DNA from: a virus
Taxonomy: Duplodnaviria; Caudoviricetes
IMG/VR virus record: IMGVR_UViG_3300049715_000002
Span: 1 to 41,273 of that record
DNA length: 41,273 bases
Reading direction: 5' to 3' (one strand)
Part shown: piece by piece, positions 1 to 8,341 of the stretch
Layout of the letters: each line of letters begins with the position of its first letter
Numbering within the stretch: position 1 is the first letter of the stretch
Translations under genes and position numbers: made by a program
Notes under the pieces: generated by a model
Database searches by the model: none
The model's input: only the letters and a program-made list of their open reading frames with translations
What the model was told of the DNA's origin: nothing

Positions 1-207
1 CGAAGACCCCGGCTGAAGGCACCGTGGCACCGAAGACGTACGACCAGTACGAGGGTGTTCAGGCGCTGGTGGACGCTGGCGCAAAGCAGGTGTCCGAAGG
101 CATCAAGGCGCACATCAAGACTTCGCATCTCGCGAAGGATGTTGCCCGCACCGTGTTTGAGATGTGGCTTCGCATCCCCAACAAGGATGACGTCCCTGAC
201 CTGACGG
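1..207. repeat. End overlap of circular assembly (copy 1; copy 2 at 41067-41273)
   Basis: 1-207 matches 41067-41273 with one mismatch (T128 vs C41194, synonymous His codon). Confidence 0.97.
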
Positions 208-773
208 GCTCCAGCGACCCGGCCAAGAAGGCTTCCGGCGCCATGCTCAAGCTTGCGGGGGAGGGCTTTGAGCACAACTACGACACGGAAGATGCGCTGA
301 AGAAGCTCATGCGCTCCGTGCAGACCCAGCGGACGGACGTTCGTGCTGAGTGGCTTCGCTCGCTGGACGGAGAGGGTGACGAAGCGGACGAGCGGCGTGC
401 GCTGGTGGCCAAGGTGCTTGAGGGCAAGCCGGAGGAGACTGCGGCATCCGCATGGGTCGCCAGCAAGTACGGCGTCAGCCTCAAGGGTGAGATCGAAAAG
501 GCGCGCGATCGATACCAGGAGAAGAAGGCTCTTGAGTCTGGCGAGGCCATCGTCACGCCGGGCGGGGAGGCTGGCGAAGGCGAAGGTGAGGGAGAGGGCG
601 AGGCCACTCCGGACGAGCGGGTTGCTTCGGTCGCGAAGAAGCTTCTGACGGACATTCGCAAGGCGAACCCGGACGACTTCGAGCACGCCAGCGAGGACAC
701 GAAGGAATCCGTTCGCGAGCAGCTCGAAGAAGCGCTGACGGCCCTCAAGGCCATGATCGCTGCCACTCTCTGA
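1..773 (+). CDS. Immunity repressor, phiC31 c-like (3' part; gene starts at 40550, about 429 aa across the junction)
   Basis: In frame with ATG 40550 through the end overlap; lies between late and early regions; its promoter is flanked by operators as for phiC31 c. Confidence 0.7.
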   Translation, partial: KTPAEGTVAPKTYDQYEGVQALVDAGAKQVSEGIKAHIKTSHLAKDVARTVFEMWLRIPNKDDVPDLTGSSDPAKKASGAMLKLAGEGFEHNYDTEDALKKLMRSVQTQRTDVRAEWLRSLDGEGDEADERRALVAKVLEGKPEETAASAWVASKYGVSLKGEIEKARDRYQEKKALESGEAIVTPGGEAGEGEGEGEGEATPDERVASVAKKLLTDIRKANPDDFEHASEDTKESVREQLEEALTALKAMIAATL

Positions 774-786
774 CGGTAAGTCACAC

Positions 787-813
787 GGGGGCCCTGGGGA
801 AACCTGGGGCCCC
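787..813 (+). terminator. GC-rich hairpin after repressor
   Basis: GGGGCCCT...GGGGCCCC stem just after stop codon. Confidence 0.6.
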
Positions 814-834
814 TTCCCGCATAGGAGCGAAGCA

Positions 835-1239
835 ATGACTACGGGAACGCTCGCTGAGCTATTCGTACGCCGGTGCCGCATCTGCGGGCGCACTGACGAC
901 GAAGTGAGATTCCCTAGCCGGGGAAAGGTCTGCAATTCGTGCATCGCGGAGCGCAGCAATGCCGCCCGAAAGGCGAAGGGACGTTCCGGCAGTACGGACG
1001 CCTATGCACGTTCGCTGGGGATCACCCCGGAGGAGTACGCCGAATACAAGGCCAGCGCGTGTGGCATCTGCGGCCTTGAGCCAACGGACGACAAACCGAA
1101 TACGGCGTACGCCAACCGGCAGACCGGAAAGGTGATGGGTGCCATCTGCCCGAAGTGCGTCAGTGGGCTGGGACTGTTCGACCATGACCCGGAGCGCGTG
1201 CGCCGGGCACTGGACTACATGGGAGGTGAAGACTCATGA
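835..1239 (+). CDS. Zn-finger plus endonuclease VII-like protein, catalytic residues apparently lost
   Basis: CRIC..CNSC, then CGICG...TGKVMGAICPKC..GLGLFDHDPERVRRALDY (EndoVII-like); RBS AGGAG. Confidence 0.7.
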   Translation: MTTGTLAELFVRRCRICGRTDDEVRFPSRGKVCNSCIAERSNAARKAKGRSGSTDAYARSLGITPEEYAEYKASACGICGLEPTDDKPNTAYANRQTGKVMGAICPKCVSGLGLFDHDPERVRRALDYMGGEDS

Positions 1240-1439
1240 CTGTGATTCATACGTGCGCAGGCTGCTCGCTGGACGACACGGCTGAACCCGAACCCATCGT
1301 GTTTCAGGTCAAGCCGCAGGGCGCCCCGCACAACGACAGCGCATTCACGTGTGCCAAGCACCTGGCAACCGTGGTGGCAGCGTACGGGCGCGAGGGGCAC
1401 CCTTCGTTGGTAACCCCGATCCGGCTAGAAAATGAGTGA
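1236..1439 (+). CDS. Small Cys/His hypothetical protein
   Basis: ATGA overlap with upstream gene, RBS GGAGG, CxxC...CxxH. Confidence 0.7.
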   Translation: MTVIHTCAGCSLDDTAEPEPIVFQVKPQGAPHNDSAFTCAKHLATVVAAYGREGHPSLVTPIRLENE

Positions 1440-1650
1440 GGGACTGTGTCACGCGTGCCGGTACGTCCGGCCGCTCTCACTACTGCGCGAGGATCCTGAG
1501 ACGCGCACGATGCTGCACACCGATCCGTCTTGCTCGCTGACTGGCGGGCTCATGGTGTGCGATCCGGAGCAAGTCACCTGCGGTAGCCCTGAGCGCTCGA
1601 CCGGGCGCATGACGAAAGGACTGAGATGGGACTCACGGGAGACGGTTTGA
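1432..1650 (+). CDS. Small Cys-rich hypothetical protein
   Basis: Overlaps the preceding stop; CxxC motif. Confidence 0.6.
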   Translation: MSEGLCHACRYVRPLSLLREDPETRTMLHTDPSCSLTGGLMVCDPEQVTCGSPERSTGRMTKGLRWDSRETV

Positions 1651-1793
1651 TCCTGGGAGAGCTGAAGAAGCTCATACACGAGCAGAAGGAGACGAACAGA
1701 CTGCTTACGCTCATGCTCAGCGCGCAGGGCATTAACCCGCAGGCTCCGGCAGCACCGGCCGAAGAGCCTAAGAAGCGGTTCGGACGGCGCTAG
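1647..1793 (+). CDS. 48-aa hypothetical protein (not in ORF track)
   Basis: TTGA overlap, RBS GGGAGA, MILGELKKLIHEQKETNRLL...KKRFGRR, followed by terminator. Confidence 0.6.
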   Translation: MILGELKKLIHEQKETNRLLTLMLSAQGINPQAPAAPAEEPKKRFGRR

Positions 1794-1814
1794 CCGCCCC
1801 TCTGACAGCCTTAC

Positions 1815-1851
1815 AGCCCCGCTAGGCCCCAGTGGTCCGGCGGGGCTTTTT
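1815..1851 (+). terminator. Intrinsic terminator
   Basis: AGCCCCGCT...GGCGGGGCT stem plus T tract. Confidence 0.85.
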
Positions 1852-1965
1852 CATGCCCTCAGACGGGCGCACAGAGCTTTCGCTCAAACGAGCAGCCGGC
1901 TCCGCTCATATGAGCAGTCACAGCGCGTAGGGATGTAGCGACGCTTCGAACCCTCAGCGCTGAAC

Positions 1966-2079
1966 CCACCTCTGACCAGCAAGAATGTAGGAGTGTAGAA
2001 AACACCCCTACTTCAGTAATCCATAAGGGTTTCTATAGGGATTCCAGAACCGACCCCACTTCCTACACTTCTACACACC
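1966..2079. repeat. ~114-bp origin-like element, copy 1
   Basis: Direct repeat of 18427-18541; TGTAG..TGTAG / CTACA..CTACA inverted arms around an AT-richer core. Confidence 0.85.
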
Positions 2080-2080
2080 G

Positions 2081-2096
2081 GGCGTTCGACCCGCTC
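2081..2096 (+). promoter_or_regulatory. Phage-specific promoter motif
   Basis: GGCGTTCGACCCGCTC upstream of exonuclease. Confidence 0.7.
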
Positions 2097-2134
2097 AGTA
2101 CCCCTCGAAGACACCAACCGAGGGGAGTGCCTCA

Positions 2135-2965
2135 GTGGGCATCCGAACCGTCCAGCGAAGCGGTAACCGCTTCTATTTCAATGAGAATGCGCCGGATATC
2201 AAGTACCCCGGCGTGACGTCCGTCGTGAGCATGCTGCCTAAGCCGTTCCTGGCCTACTGGCAGGCGAAGGAAGCCGCAGAGCTTGCGGTCGACTCCATCG
2301 ATTTCATCAAAGAAATGGCCGCGCGGGATCGTCAGGGCGCTGTCGATTACGTCAAGGGCGCAGCGAACCGGTACACGAAGCGCCGGGCGAAGGTGGGCAG
2401 CGACGCACACGATCTCTTCGAGCGGCTCATCCGTGGCGAATACGTGGGCCGTGTGCACCCCGATATGGAGCCCTACCGGCGGCACTTCGAGGAGTACCTC
2501 AGCGCTGTCCAGCCGGAGCTAGTGCGCGCCGAAGACGTGGCCTGGTCCGATGAGCATGAGTACGCGGGCAGCTTCGATGCTGTGCTTCGCCTGCGTCTCG
2601 ATGAGAACGGCAAGCCGGACCGCCACGGCGAGAGCGCGCTAGTGATGGCGGACTGGAAGACGTCCAAGAGCACGTACCCCGAAGTCGCGTTGCAGATGAG
2701 TGCTTACGCGCATGCCGACTGGATCATTGATCCCGCTGGCAACCGCGAGGCCATGCCGGACTTCGATGGCGCCTGCGTGCTGCACATCACTGAAGACCAG
2801 GCAGCGTTCAAGCCGGTCCGCATTGACGAAGCGGATGTGTATGAGCACTTCCTGAGCCTTCGGCACACCTTCGAGTGGGTCAACCGGGTCTCTAAGACCG
2901 TGCTGGGCGATCCCATCTGGTCGACCGGTGGCGCCATGGTGACCGGCACTCAGCGGCGCGCGTAG
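2135..2965 (+). CDS. PD-(D/E)XK (Cas4-like/RecE-type) exonuclease
   Basis: YPGVTSV, G.DAH, YAGSFD, ADWKTS, QMSAY motifs. Confidence 0.85.
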   Translation: MGIRTVQRSGNRFYFNENAPDIKYPGVTSVVSMLPKPFLAYWQAKEAAELAVDSIDFIKEMAARDRQGAVDYVKGAANRYTKRRAKVGSDAHDLFERLIRGEYVGRVHPDMEPYRRHFEEYLSAVQPELVRAEDVAWSDEHEYAGSFDAVLRLRLDENGKPDRHGESALVMADWKTSKSTYPEVALQMSAYAHADWIIDPAGNREAMPDFDGACVLHITEDQAAFKPVRIDEADVYEHFLSLRHTFEWVNRVSKTVLGDPIWSTGGAMVTGTQRRA

Positions 2966-2970
2966 TACCG

Positions 2971-2986
2971 GGCGTTCGACTCGCTC
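2971..2986 (+). promoter_or_regulatory. Phage-specific promoter motif
   Basis: GGCGTTCGACTCGCTC upstream of RDF. Confidence 0.7.
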
Positions 2987-2996
2987 TGAGTACAGC

Positions 2997-3079
2997 GGAG
3001 GGGGCAGGCGGACGGAATAGCCCACGCAGGGCGCTTCAAGCAAAGCCCGTAAGACGTGGTGACCCCGCCTGCCCCTTCC
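2997..3079 (+). ncRNA. Structured leader RNA candidate
   Basis: 15-bp closing stem 2997-3011/3065-3079 with nested stems CCACG/CGTGG, GGGC/GCCC, GCT/AGC. Confidence 0.5.
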
Positions 3080-3128
3080 CGACGACACAGCTTCGCGCGG
3101 TTGCGCATTCACAGAATGGCGGTTCCCC

Positions 3129-3854
3129 ATGGCACTGCGGATTTTCGATACCGACCCGGACGCTAAGCCGAAGCCGCGTGCTCCGAAGGTCGAGTATGAG
3201 CGTCCCAACTTCCAGTTTCGTTCCGGCATGCAGGTCTGGAACGCTGAGAAGCGCAAGAACGAGCCGGTGTCTCTCGCCAATTGGCGGGTGCTCACGGACG
3301 ACCCGGTGATTGCTGAGAGCATCGCTGAGCTTATGGGTGGTCGGTCGGAGGAGTACGACTCGACCAAGGCTCTTCACCTGCACGTGATGACCGAGACGCC
3401 TTCGGTCGAGATCGTGATCAACGGCTCTAAGGCCATTGAGGACAAGCTCATCTTGTGGGGCCCCGGCGGTCCGGTCCATGAGTGTGATGGTCAGTACTTC
3501 CTGAGCCCCGCTGAGGACAAGGGCCAGCCGTGCGGTTGTCCTTCGCTGATGTCTGAGCGCAAGGATCTCGCGAAGCGTCGTCGTGGCCCGTCTCCCTCGA
3601 TCAACGTCACCTTCCGTCTCGCCGGTCTGGGCTATGACCTGGGTCCGGGCAAGCTCATAGCTACGGCGTGGTCGCTGGCTGAGGTCATCCACGAAGTTAA
3701 GGATGCGCTCGACGCCATTGACGGTGAAGCCCTTTGCCGACTGGAGCTTGAGCACGTCCAGTACACCAACAAGGCTGGCATCAATGTGGAATTCCGCAAG
3801 CCGGTGATTACCGTGCTCGGTTCCTACAACGACGCCATCGGCGAAGAGCGGTAA
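3129..3854 (+). CDS. Recombination directionality factor, phiC31 gp3-like
   Basis: Recognisable gp3 motifs: LANWRV, HECDG, GQPCGCP.L..ERK, KPVITVLGSYNDAI. Confidence 0.9.
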   Translation: MALRIFDTDPDAKPKPRAPKVEYERPNFQFRSGMQVWNAEKRKNEPVSLANWRVLTDDPVIAESIAELMGGRSEEYDSTKALHLHVMTETPSVEIVINGSKAIEDKLILWGPGGPVHECDGQYFLSPAEDKGQPCGCPSLMSERKDLAKRRRGPSPSINVTFRLAGLGYDLGPGKLIATAWSLAEVIHEVKDALDAIDGEALCRLELEHVQYTNKAGINVEFRKPVITVLGSYNDAIGEER

Positions 3855-3856
3855 GC

Positions 3857-4027
3857 ATGCACGGCGCCCCTGATCTATGGCGCGTGGTCCTGCGGGACGT
3901 CACTGACGAAGAGATCCGGCGTCCCCTGTGGGACTTCCCGCCCGAAGCCCGGCCCGCTGTCCAGCACGAACGCCGTAGGCGATTCCAGATGGATGACGAG
4001 CCTATCGGCGATCCCGAATTCAGCTAA
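3857..4027 (+). CDS. 56-aa hypothetical protein (not in ORF track)
   Basis: ATG 2 nt after RDF stop; MHGAPDLWRVVLRDVTDEEIRRPLWDF...; fills the gap. Confidence 0.6.
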   Translation: MHGAPDLWRVVLRDVTDEEIRRPLWDFPPEARPAVQHERRRRFQMDDEPIGDPEFS

Positions 4028-4043
4028 CTCAAGGAGAGAACGC

Positions 4044-4280
4044 ATGGCCCTTTACGAGGTTATCCGCACTGACGACGTCAAGCCGGGGGAGTTCGTCTCT
4101 GCCTTCGTCATCGCTGGCGGTACGGCGCAGGCCCGAAAGGCTGTCGCCCACCTGCCCGGCGTGACGAAGTCCAACACCATGGCTGACAAGGTCGACACCA
4201 CGAAGCGCGTTCAGCTCATCAGCATCTATGAGGACGAGCGTGCGGCTGTCGAGGCTGAGCACACCCTGAACCTGTTCTGA
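4044..4280 (+). CDS. Hypothetical early protein
   Basis: RBS AAGGAGAG before ATG 4044. Confidence 0.8.
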   Translation: MALYEVIRTDDVKPGEFVSAFVIAGGTAQARKAVAHLPGVTKSNTMADKVDTTKRVQLISIYEDERAAVEAEHTLNLF

Positions 4281-4286
4281 GCCATT

Positions 4287-4324
4287 GCCCCGGGGTTCCG
4301 CATCGCGCGGAGCTTCGGGGCTTT
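4287..4324 (+). terminator. Intrinsic terminator
   Basis: GCCCCGGGGTTCCGC/GCGGAGCTTCGGGGC stem plus TTT. Confidence 0.75.
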
Positions 4325-4392
4325 AGGTGGTGGGAGGAGAGACCCACATGACGTTTATCTTCAACCTCGAAGTCGGCGCTAGGAGAGAACAC

Positions 4393-4704
4393 ATGTCAGA
4401 CCTGATCCCCGGAACTAAGGTCAAGTACCGCAACATGTCCATGCCCGCTGAGGTGATGTCCGGCCCGCACCAGTCGCCCGGACGTTCGCGGTACCTGATC
4501 CGTAAGGCTGACGGGAATGTGTCGCTCGTTCCCGTGACGGACATCGAGGCAGTCATTCCGCGCGCTGAGCGGGTGGCTGGCACGCTGGCTGTAGCCATCT
4601 ATGGCCGACCGTTTACGTCGCTGGGTGGCGGCTATCAAAGGTCGCTCCTCAGTGCTGCTACCGCTGCAATTCGAGTTGCTGACATGACGCGCGGGGAGGC
4701 GTAG
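4393..4704 (+). CDS. Hypothetical early protein
   Basis: RBS AGGAGAG before ATG 4393. Confidence 0.8.
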   Translation: MSDLIPGTKVKYRNMSMPAEVMSGPHQSPGRSRYLIRKADGNVSLVPVTDIEAVIPRAERVAGTLAVAIYGRPFTSLGGGYQRSLLSAATAAIRVADMTRGEA

Positions 4705-4707
4705 CAC

Positions 4708-5004
4708 ATGGGTAAGCGCGGAGTAGTCACGGACTACGCAGGCGAGGAACTCTACGCGGGTGACCTGATCACCTTCGCTGCGCGGTTCGGCAATCGGGTC
4801 CGCATGTCTGACGCTGTCGTACTGGACGTGACCACTAAGCAGGTTGCCGGGCGACTGGTGCCCACGCTGGTTGTCCAGCCGACCGGTACGGACAGCGGAT
4901 GGGGGTTGGGTTCACGCAAGACGCTTCGGCGCGTGGAAGTCAGTGCGGAACATGTCCGGCTTGTGGCGCCGGACTTCGTCGGCCAGGGGAGTGCGCGTGT
5001 TTGA
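4708..5004 (+). CDS. Hypothetical early protein
   Basis: RBS GGAGG, tight packing. Confidence 0.8.
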   Translation: MGKRGVVTDYAGEELYAGDLITFAARFGNRVRMSDAVVLDVTTKQVAGRLVPTLVVQPTGTDSGWGLGSRKTLRRVEVSAEHVRLVAPDFVGQGSARV

Positions 5005-5143
5005 TCTGTTCAGCGAGTCTCGGCAGCATGCGGCACAGCTTCGGGAGTTCTTCGAGGCATACAAGTCCGTCGGGTTCAGCGATGACGAAGCCTTCGCGCT
5101 GGTGCAGGTGGTCTTGAAGTCGATTCTAGGACTTCGCTCTTAA
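4997..5143 (+). CDS. 48-aa hypothetical protein
   Basis: GTG with GGGGAG RBS; FEAYKSVGFSDDEAFALV motif typical of small actinophage proteins. Confidence 0.7.
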   Translation: MFDLFSESRQHAAQLREFFEAYKSVGFSDDEAFALVQVVLKSILGLRS

Positions 5144-5149
5144 CGGTGT

Positions 5150-5181
5150 GGGGGTCAGTGCTATCGCGCTGGCCCCCTTTT
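5150..5181 (+). terminator. Intrinsic terminator
   Basis: GGGGGTCAGTG/CGCTGGCCCCC stem plus TTTT. Confidence 0.75.
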
Positions 5182-5191
5182 CCTGTCTACC

Positions 5192-5213
5192 CACATACCG
5201 AAATTGGTAGGTG
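5192..5213. promoter_or_regulatory. Repressor operator (CIR-like)
   Basis: CACATACCGAAATTGGTAGGTG. Confidence 0.85.
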
Positions 5214-5217
5214 ACTC

Positions 5218-5382
5218 GTGATCATTTCCGCTGACTCCGCCCCTGCGCTGGGGGATGTGCGAGCGGCGCGCGCAACGGTATGGATCAGGCATGGCGCGGA
5301 AGCGCGTCGTGACTGGCCCCGGTATCTCGATGCGCTCATGGCTGCTATCGCCCATGGCGCTGATGTGAGGTGGCTCAGGTGA
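5218..5382 (+). CDS. 54-aa hypothetical protein (not in ORF track)
   Basis: GTG start; stop overlaps HNH start (GTGA); ...RRDWPRYLDALMAAIAHGADVRWLR. Confidence 0.6.
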   Translation: MIISADSAPALGDVRAARATVWIRHGAEARRDWPRYLDALMAAIAHGADVRWLR

Positions 5383-5783
5383 AGGTGTGTCGACTATGCG
5401 GGCGGGGGAAGCCCGCTGAACAGTTCTTGGCCGGTAAGGCTAAGAAGCCTAGCTCTGCGTGCGCTACATGCCGCCGCAAGGCTCAACAGGCGCACATCAA
5501 GAACTTCTACCGGAACCTTCCGCCAGACAAGCGCCATGAGCTGACACACAAGCGCCGGGCGAACGCCTACGGCGTAGAGCATGTGGTGTACAGCCGTACG
5601 GCGATTCTGGCGCGCTGGGGTCATGTGTGTGCCTACTGCGACCGGACCGCCCGGCACCTGGACCATGTGCACCCGCTGAGCAAGGGCGGCGCTGACGCTG
5701 AGCACAACATCGTTCCGGCGTGCGCCACGTGCAACCTGAGCAAGGGGGCTAAGACCCTCGCTGAGTGGGCCGAGACCTTCTAG
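5379..5783 (+). CDS. HNH endonuclease with N-terminal Zn finger
   Basis: CAYC...LDHVHPLSKGG...HNIVPACATCNLSK. Confidence 0.92.
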   Translation: MKVCRLCGRGKPAEQFLAGKAKKPSSACATCRRKAQQAHIKNFYRNLPPDKRHELTHKRRANAYGVEHVVYSRTAILARWGHVCAYCDRTARHLDHVHPLSKGGADAEHNIVPACATCNLSKGAKTLAEWAETF

Positions 5784-5798
5784 GCGTTCGAACCGCTC
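5783..5798 (+). promoter_or_regulatory. Phage-specific promoter motif
   Basis: GGCGTTCGAACCGCTC upstream of primase. Confidence 0.75.
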
Positions 5799-5829
5799 AC
5801 ACCCTCATGAGACGCGAGAAAGGGCAGAA

Positions 5830-8268
5830 ATGCAGTTCTACGAAATCCTTGACCGCTTCGCCGGTGTGAGTGAGCAGACGGACGGGGGTTACCTCGCTGT
5901 GTGTCCCGCACATGGTGACTCCCGTCCGTCTCTGCGCGTGTGGCGCGGGGATGACAACAAGGTTCGGATCACCTGCCGCGCAGGCTGCAACACGAGGGAT
6001 GTGATTGAAGCGGTAGACCTCACATGGGGAGACTTGTTCGACGCTGAGGGGGAGGGAGGCACGGTTCCCAGCGCTGCGCCTGCGCCGGTCGGCGCTCCGC
6101 ATGTTGCTGCGCTCGCGCACTTCGTAGACACAGCGTCAGTCGCACTCTTCAACTACGCCGATCCGGGCGTCGATGTGGCACATAATTACGCGACGAGCCG
6201 CTTTGGTCTGACTGAAGACATGATGGCTGATCTGGAGCTTGGCTACGCACCCCGGGGGACTCAATTCCGGTACGCCTCACGGGCATTCAGCCAGTACCCG
6301 CGTCTCACGGTGCCGCTGAAAGACTTCGCTGGGAACCCGCGCGGCTTGCAGGGGCGTGACCTCACGGGCAACTGCCCCGGTCGCTGGATATCGCTCAGCA
6401 ACCCCGAAGGCCACCGGTGGGCACAGTACGGCGTTTTCAGGGGCGCCGGGGGGTACGGGGTCACCCTGGTGACTGAAGGACCGGGAGACGGGCTCACTGG
6501 CGTTTCCGTGGGCTACGACGTGGTCATGGTCCGGGGCGCTGCTCTGGTCGGTTCGCCTGCGCTGCTCGCTGAGCTTGCTGAGGGCATGCGCGGGACTCAG
6601 GTCATCGCCTGCGGTGACAACGACAAGGCTGGACAGGACTTCAACCGGCGTCTTGCCGAAGGTCTCAAGCCGTATGGCATCAAGGTATTCGCGCTGCCCA
6701 TTCCCAAGGAACTGGGAAACAAGTCTGATCTCACGGACTGGCGTGAAGCTGAAGGCGCTACCTTCGCTCTTGCGCTGCACCGTGCTGTGAAGGCTGCTCG
6801 ACCGGTGGGGAGTGCCGCAGAGCTTCAGCGCGCCGAAGTCAGCGAGGAACTGAGCGAAGCGACCGGCGCCGACATAGTCAGCCGTGACCAGGGCAACGAA
6901 GCGGCGCGCATCCTCGCTGGCTTGCTGGAGCGCTACGGGGACACGGACGCCATGAATGCTCACGCATTGGTGGCATGGACGGACGGCCGGATCAAGTATG
7001 CGCCGGGGTTGGGCTTCTATGTGTGGAACGGGCGCACATGGGAGCGCAGTGAAGTGAAGGTGCGGCAGGAGATTCACCGCATGGGCGCTGCCCTGGTGCT
7101 CGCTGGCAAGGTCAAGGAAGCGCGCGGGTTCACCATGACCACTCGCATCAATGACCTCATGACGGAGCTTCGCAGTGTGCCGAGTGTGTATGTGGCCCCT
7201 GGTGACTTCGACAACCGGCCGGACTTGCTGAGCTTCAGCAACGGCACTGTAGAGCTTCGTACCGGCAAGCTGCGCCCGCATGCCAAGGAAGACATGCTGA
7301 CGTACTGTCTGGCCATCCGCTATGACGCGCAAGCGCAGTGCCCTCGCTGGGAGAAGTTCCTCGAAGAGATCATGCCGGGCATGCCTGAGATGCCTGCGTA
7401 TCTTCAGCGGCTGACCGGCTACGGCATTACCGGCTACACCGATGAGCAATGCTTCGCTGTGCTGTGGGGCAAGGGAGCCAACGGCAAGTCAGTTCTTACC
7501 GAGACGCTGTCTGGCGTGTTCGGCACCATTACGAAGACAACTCCATTTGCGACATTCGAAGAAAAGACCGGCGGCGGCATTCCGAACGATATTGCTGCGC
7601 TGCGTGGTGCACGCCTTGTCATGGCGTCCGAAGGCGAGTCGGGCAAGCCGATGAGCGAAGCCGTGCTGAAGCGCGTCACGGGAAAGGACATGGTCAGCGC
7701 GCGGTTCCTCCGGCAAGAGTTCTTCGAGTTCAAGCCATCCTTTCTGCTCATGCTGGCGACGAACCACAAGCCACGCTTTCGCGGGCAGGATGACGGGCTT
7801 TGGCGCCGGGTCAAGATGATCCCGTTCCTTCGGTTCTTCGCTCCGCATGAGCGGGACCACGATCTAGACAAAAAGCTGATGGCCGAAGCGCAGGGTATTG
7901 CTGCGTGGGCCGTGCGTGGGGCACAGGAGTGGTTCACGGGCGGTCTTCGCGATCCGGAGGTGATCAGCGCAGCTACGCGTGAGTACAAGGAGACATCTGA
8001 CGCGCTGGCCGGATTCTTCCCGGGCGTTCTGGTGGCTGACGAGTCTGCCCGCATGGACGGGGCGGACGCTTACAACGCCTACCGCGAGTGGTGCGAAGCC
8101 GAAGGCTTGCCGAGCAAAGAAGTGTGGTCGCGCAAGGCCTTCTATCAGGGCATGGAAGAGCGGAACATCACGCGCACGCGTGCCGCTAAGGGCATGGTCT
8201 TGGTAGGCGTTCGAACCGCTCAGGGGTCTACGAAGGCAACGGGTCCGGGCATCTTCGCTCAGGACTGA
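5830..8268 (+). CDS. P4/D5-family primase-helicase
   Basis: Zn finger CPAHGD..SL..CRAGC, TOPRIM EGPGD/DND, SF3 Walker A GKGANGKS. Confidence 0.95.
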   Translation: MQFYEILDRFAGVSEQTDGGYLAVCPAHGDSRPSLRVWRGDDNKVRITCRAGCNTRDVIEAVDLTWGDLFDAEGEGGTVPSAAPAPVGAPHVAALAHFVDTASVALFNYADPGVDVAHNYATSRFGLTEDMMADLELGYAPRGTQFRYASRAFSQYPRLTVPLKDFAGNPRGLQGRDLTGNCPGRWISLSNPEGHRWAQYGVFRGAGGYGVTLVTEGPGDGLTGVSVGYDVVMVRGAALVGSPALLAELAEGMRGTQVIACGDNDKAGQDFNRRLAEGLKPYGIKVFALPIPKELGNKSDLTDWREAEGATFALALHRAVKAARPVGSAAELQRAEVSEELSEATGADIVSRDQGNEAARILAGLLERYGDTDAMNAHALVAWTDGRIKYAPGLGFYVWNGRTWERSEVKVRQEIHRMGAALVLAGKVKEARGFTMTTRINDLMTELRSVPSVYVAPGDFDNRPDLLSFSNGTVELRTGKLRPHAKEDMLTYCLAIRYDAQAQCPRWEKFLEEIMPGMPEMPAYLQRLTGYGITGYTDEQCFAVLWGKGANGKSVLTETLSGVFGTITKTTPFATFEEKTGGGIPNDIAALRGARLVMASEGESGKPMSEAVLKRVTGKDMVSARFLRQEFFEFKPSFLLMLATNHKPRFRGQDDGLWRRVKMIPFLRFFAPHERDHDLDKKLMAEAQGIAAWAVRGAQEWFTGGLRDPEVISAATREYKETSDALAGFFPGVLVADESARMDGADAYNAYREWCEAEGLPSKEVWSRKAFYQGMEERNITRTRAAKGMVLVGVRTAQGSTKATGPGIFAQD
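8206..8221 (+). promoter_or_regulatory. Phage-specific promoter motif inside primase 3' end
   Basis: GGCGTTCGAACCGCTC upstream of DNA polymerase. Confidence 0.7.
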
Positions 8269-8288
8269 CACAAAGAAGCTGAAGGGGT

Positions 8289-8310
8289 CACCTACCAATT
8301 TCGGTATGTG
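8289..8310. promoter_or_regulatory. Repressor operator within a longer hairpin (8281-8318)
   Basis: CACCTACCAATTTCGGTATGTG flanked by GAAGGGGT/GCCCCTTC. Confidence 0.85.
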
Positions 8311-8341
8311 GCCCCTTCGTGCTGTACACGGACGGAGTCCA

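Noticed and set aside
6277-7449. Long minus-strand ORFs (also 24989-25915, 12349-13272, 21711-22595, 40385-41194 and others)
   Set aside because: Antisense shadows of high-GC plus-strand genes, with no RBS or motifs
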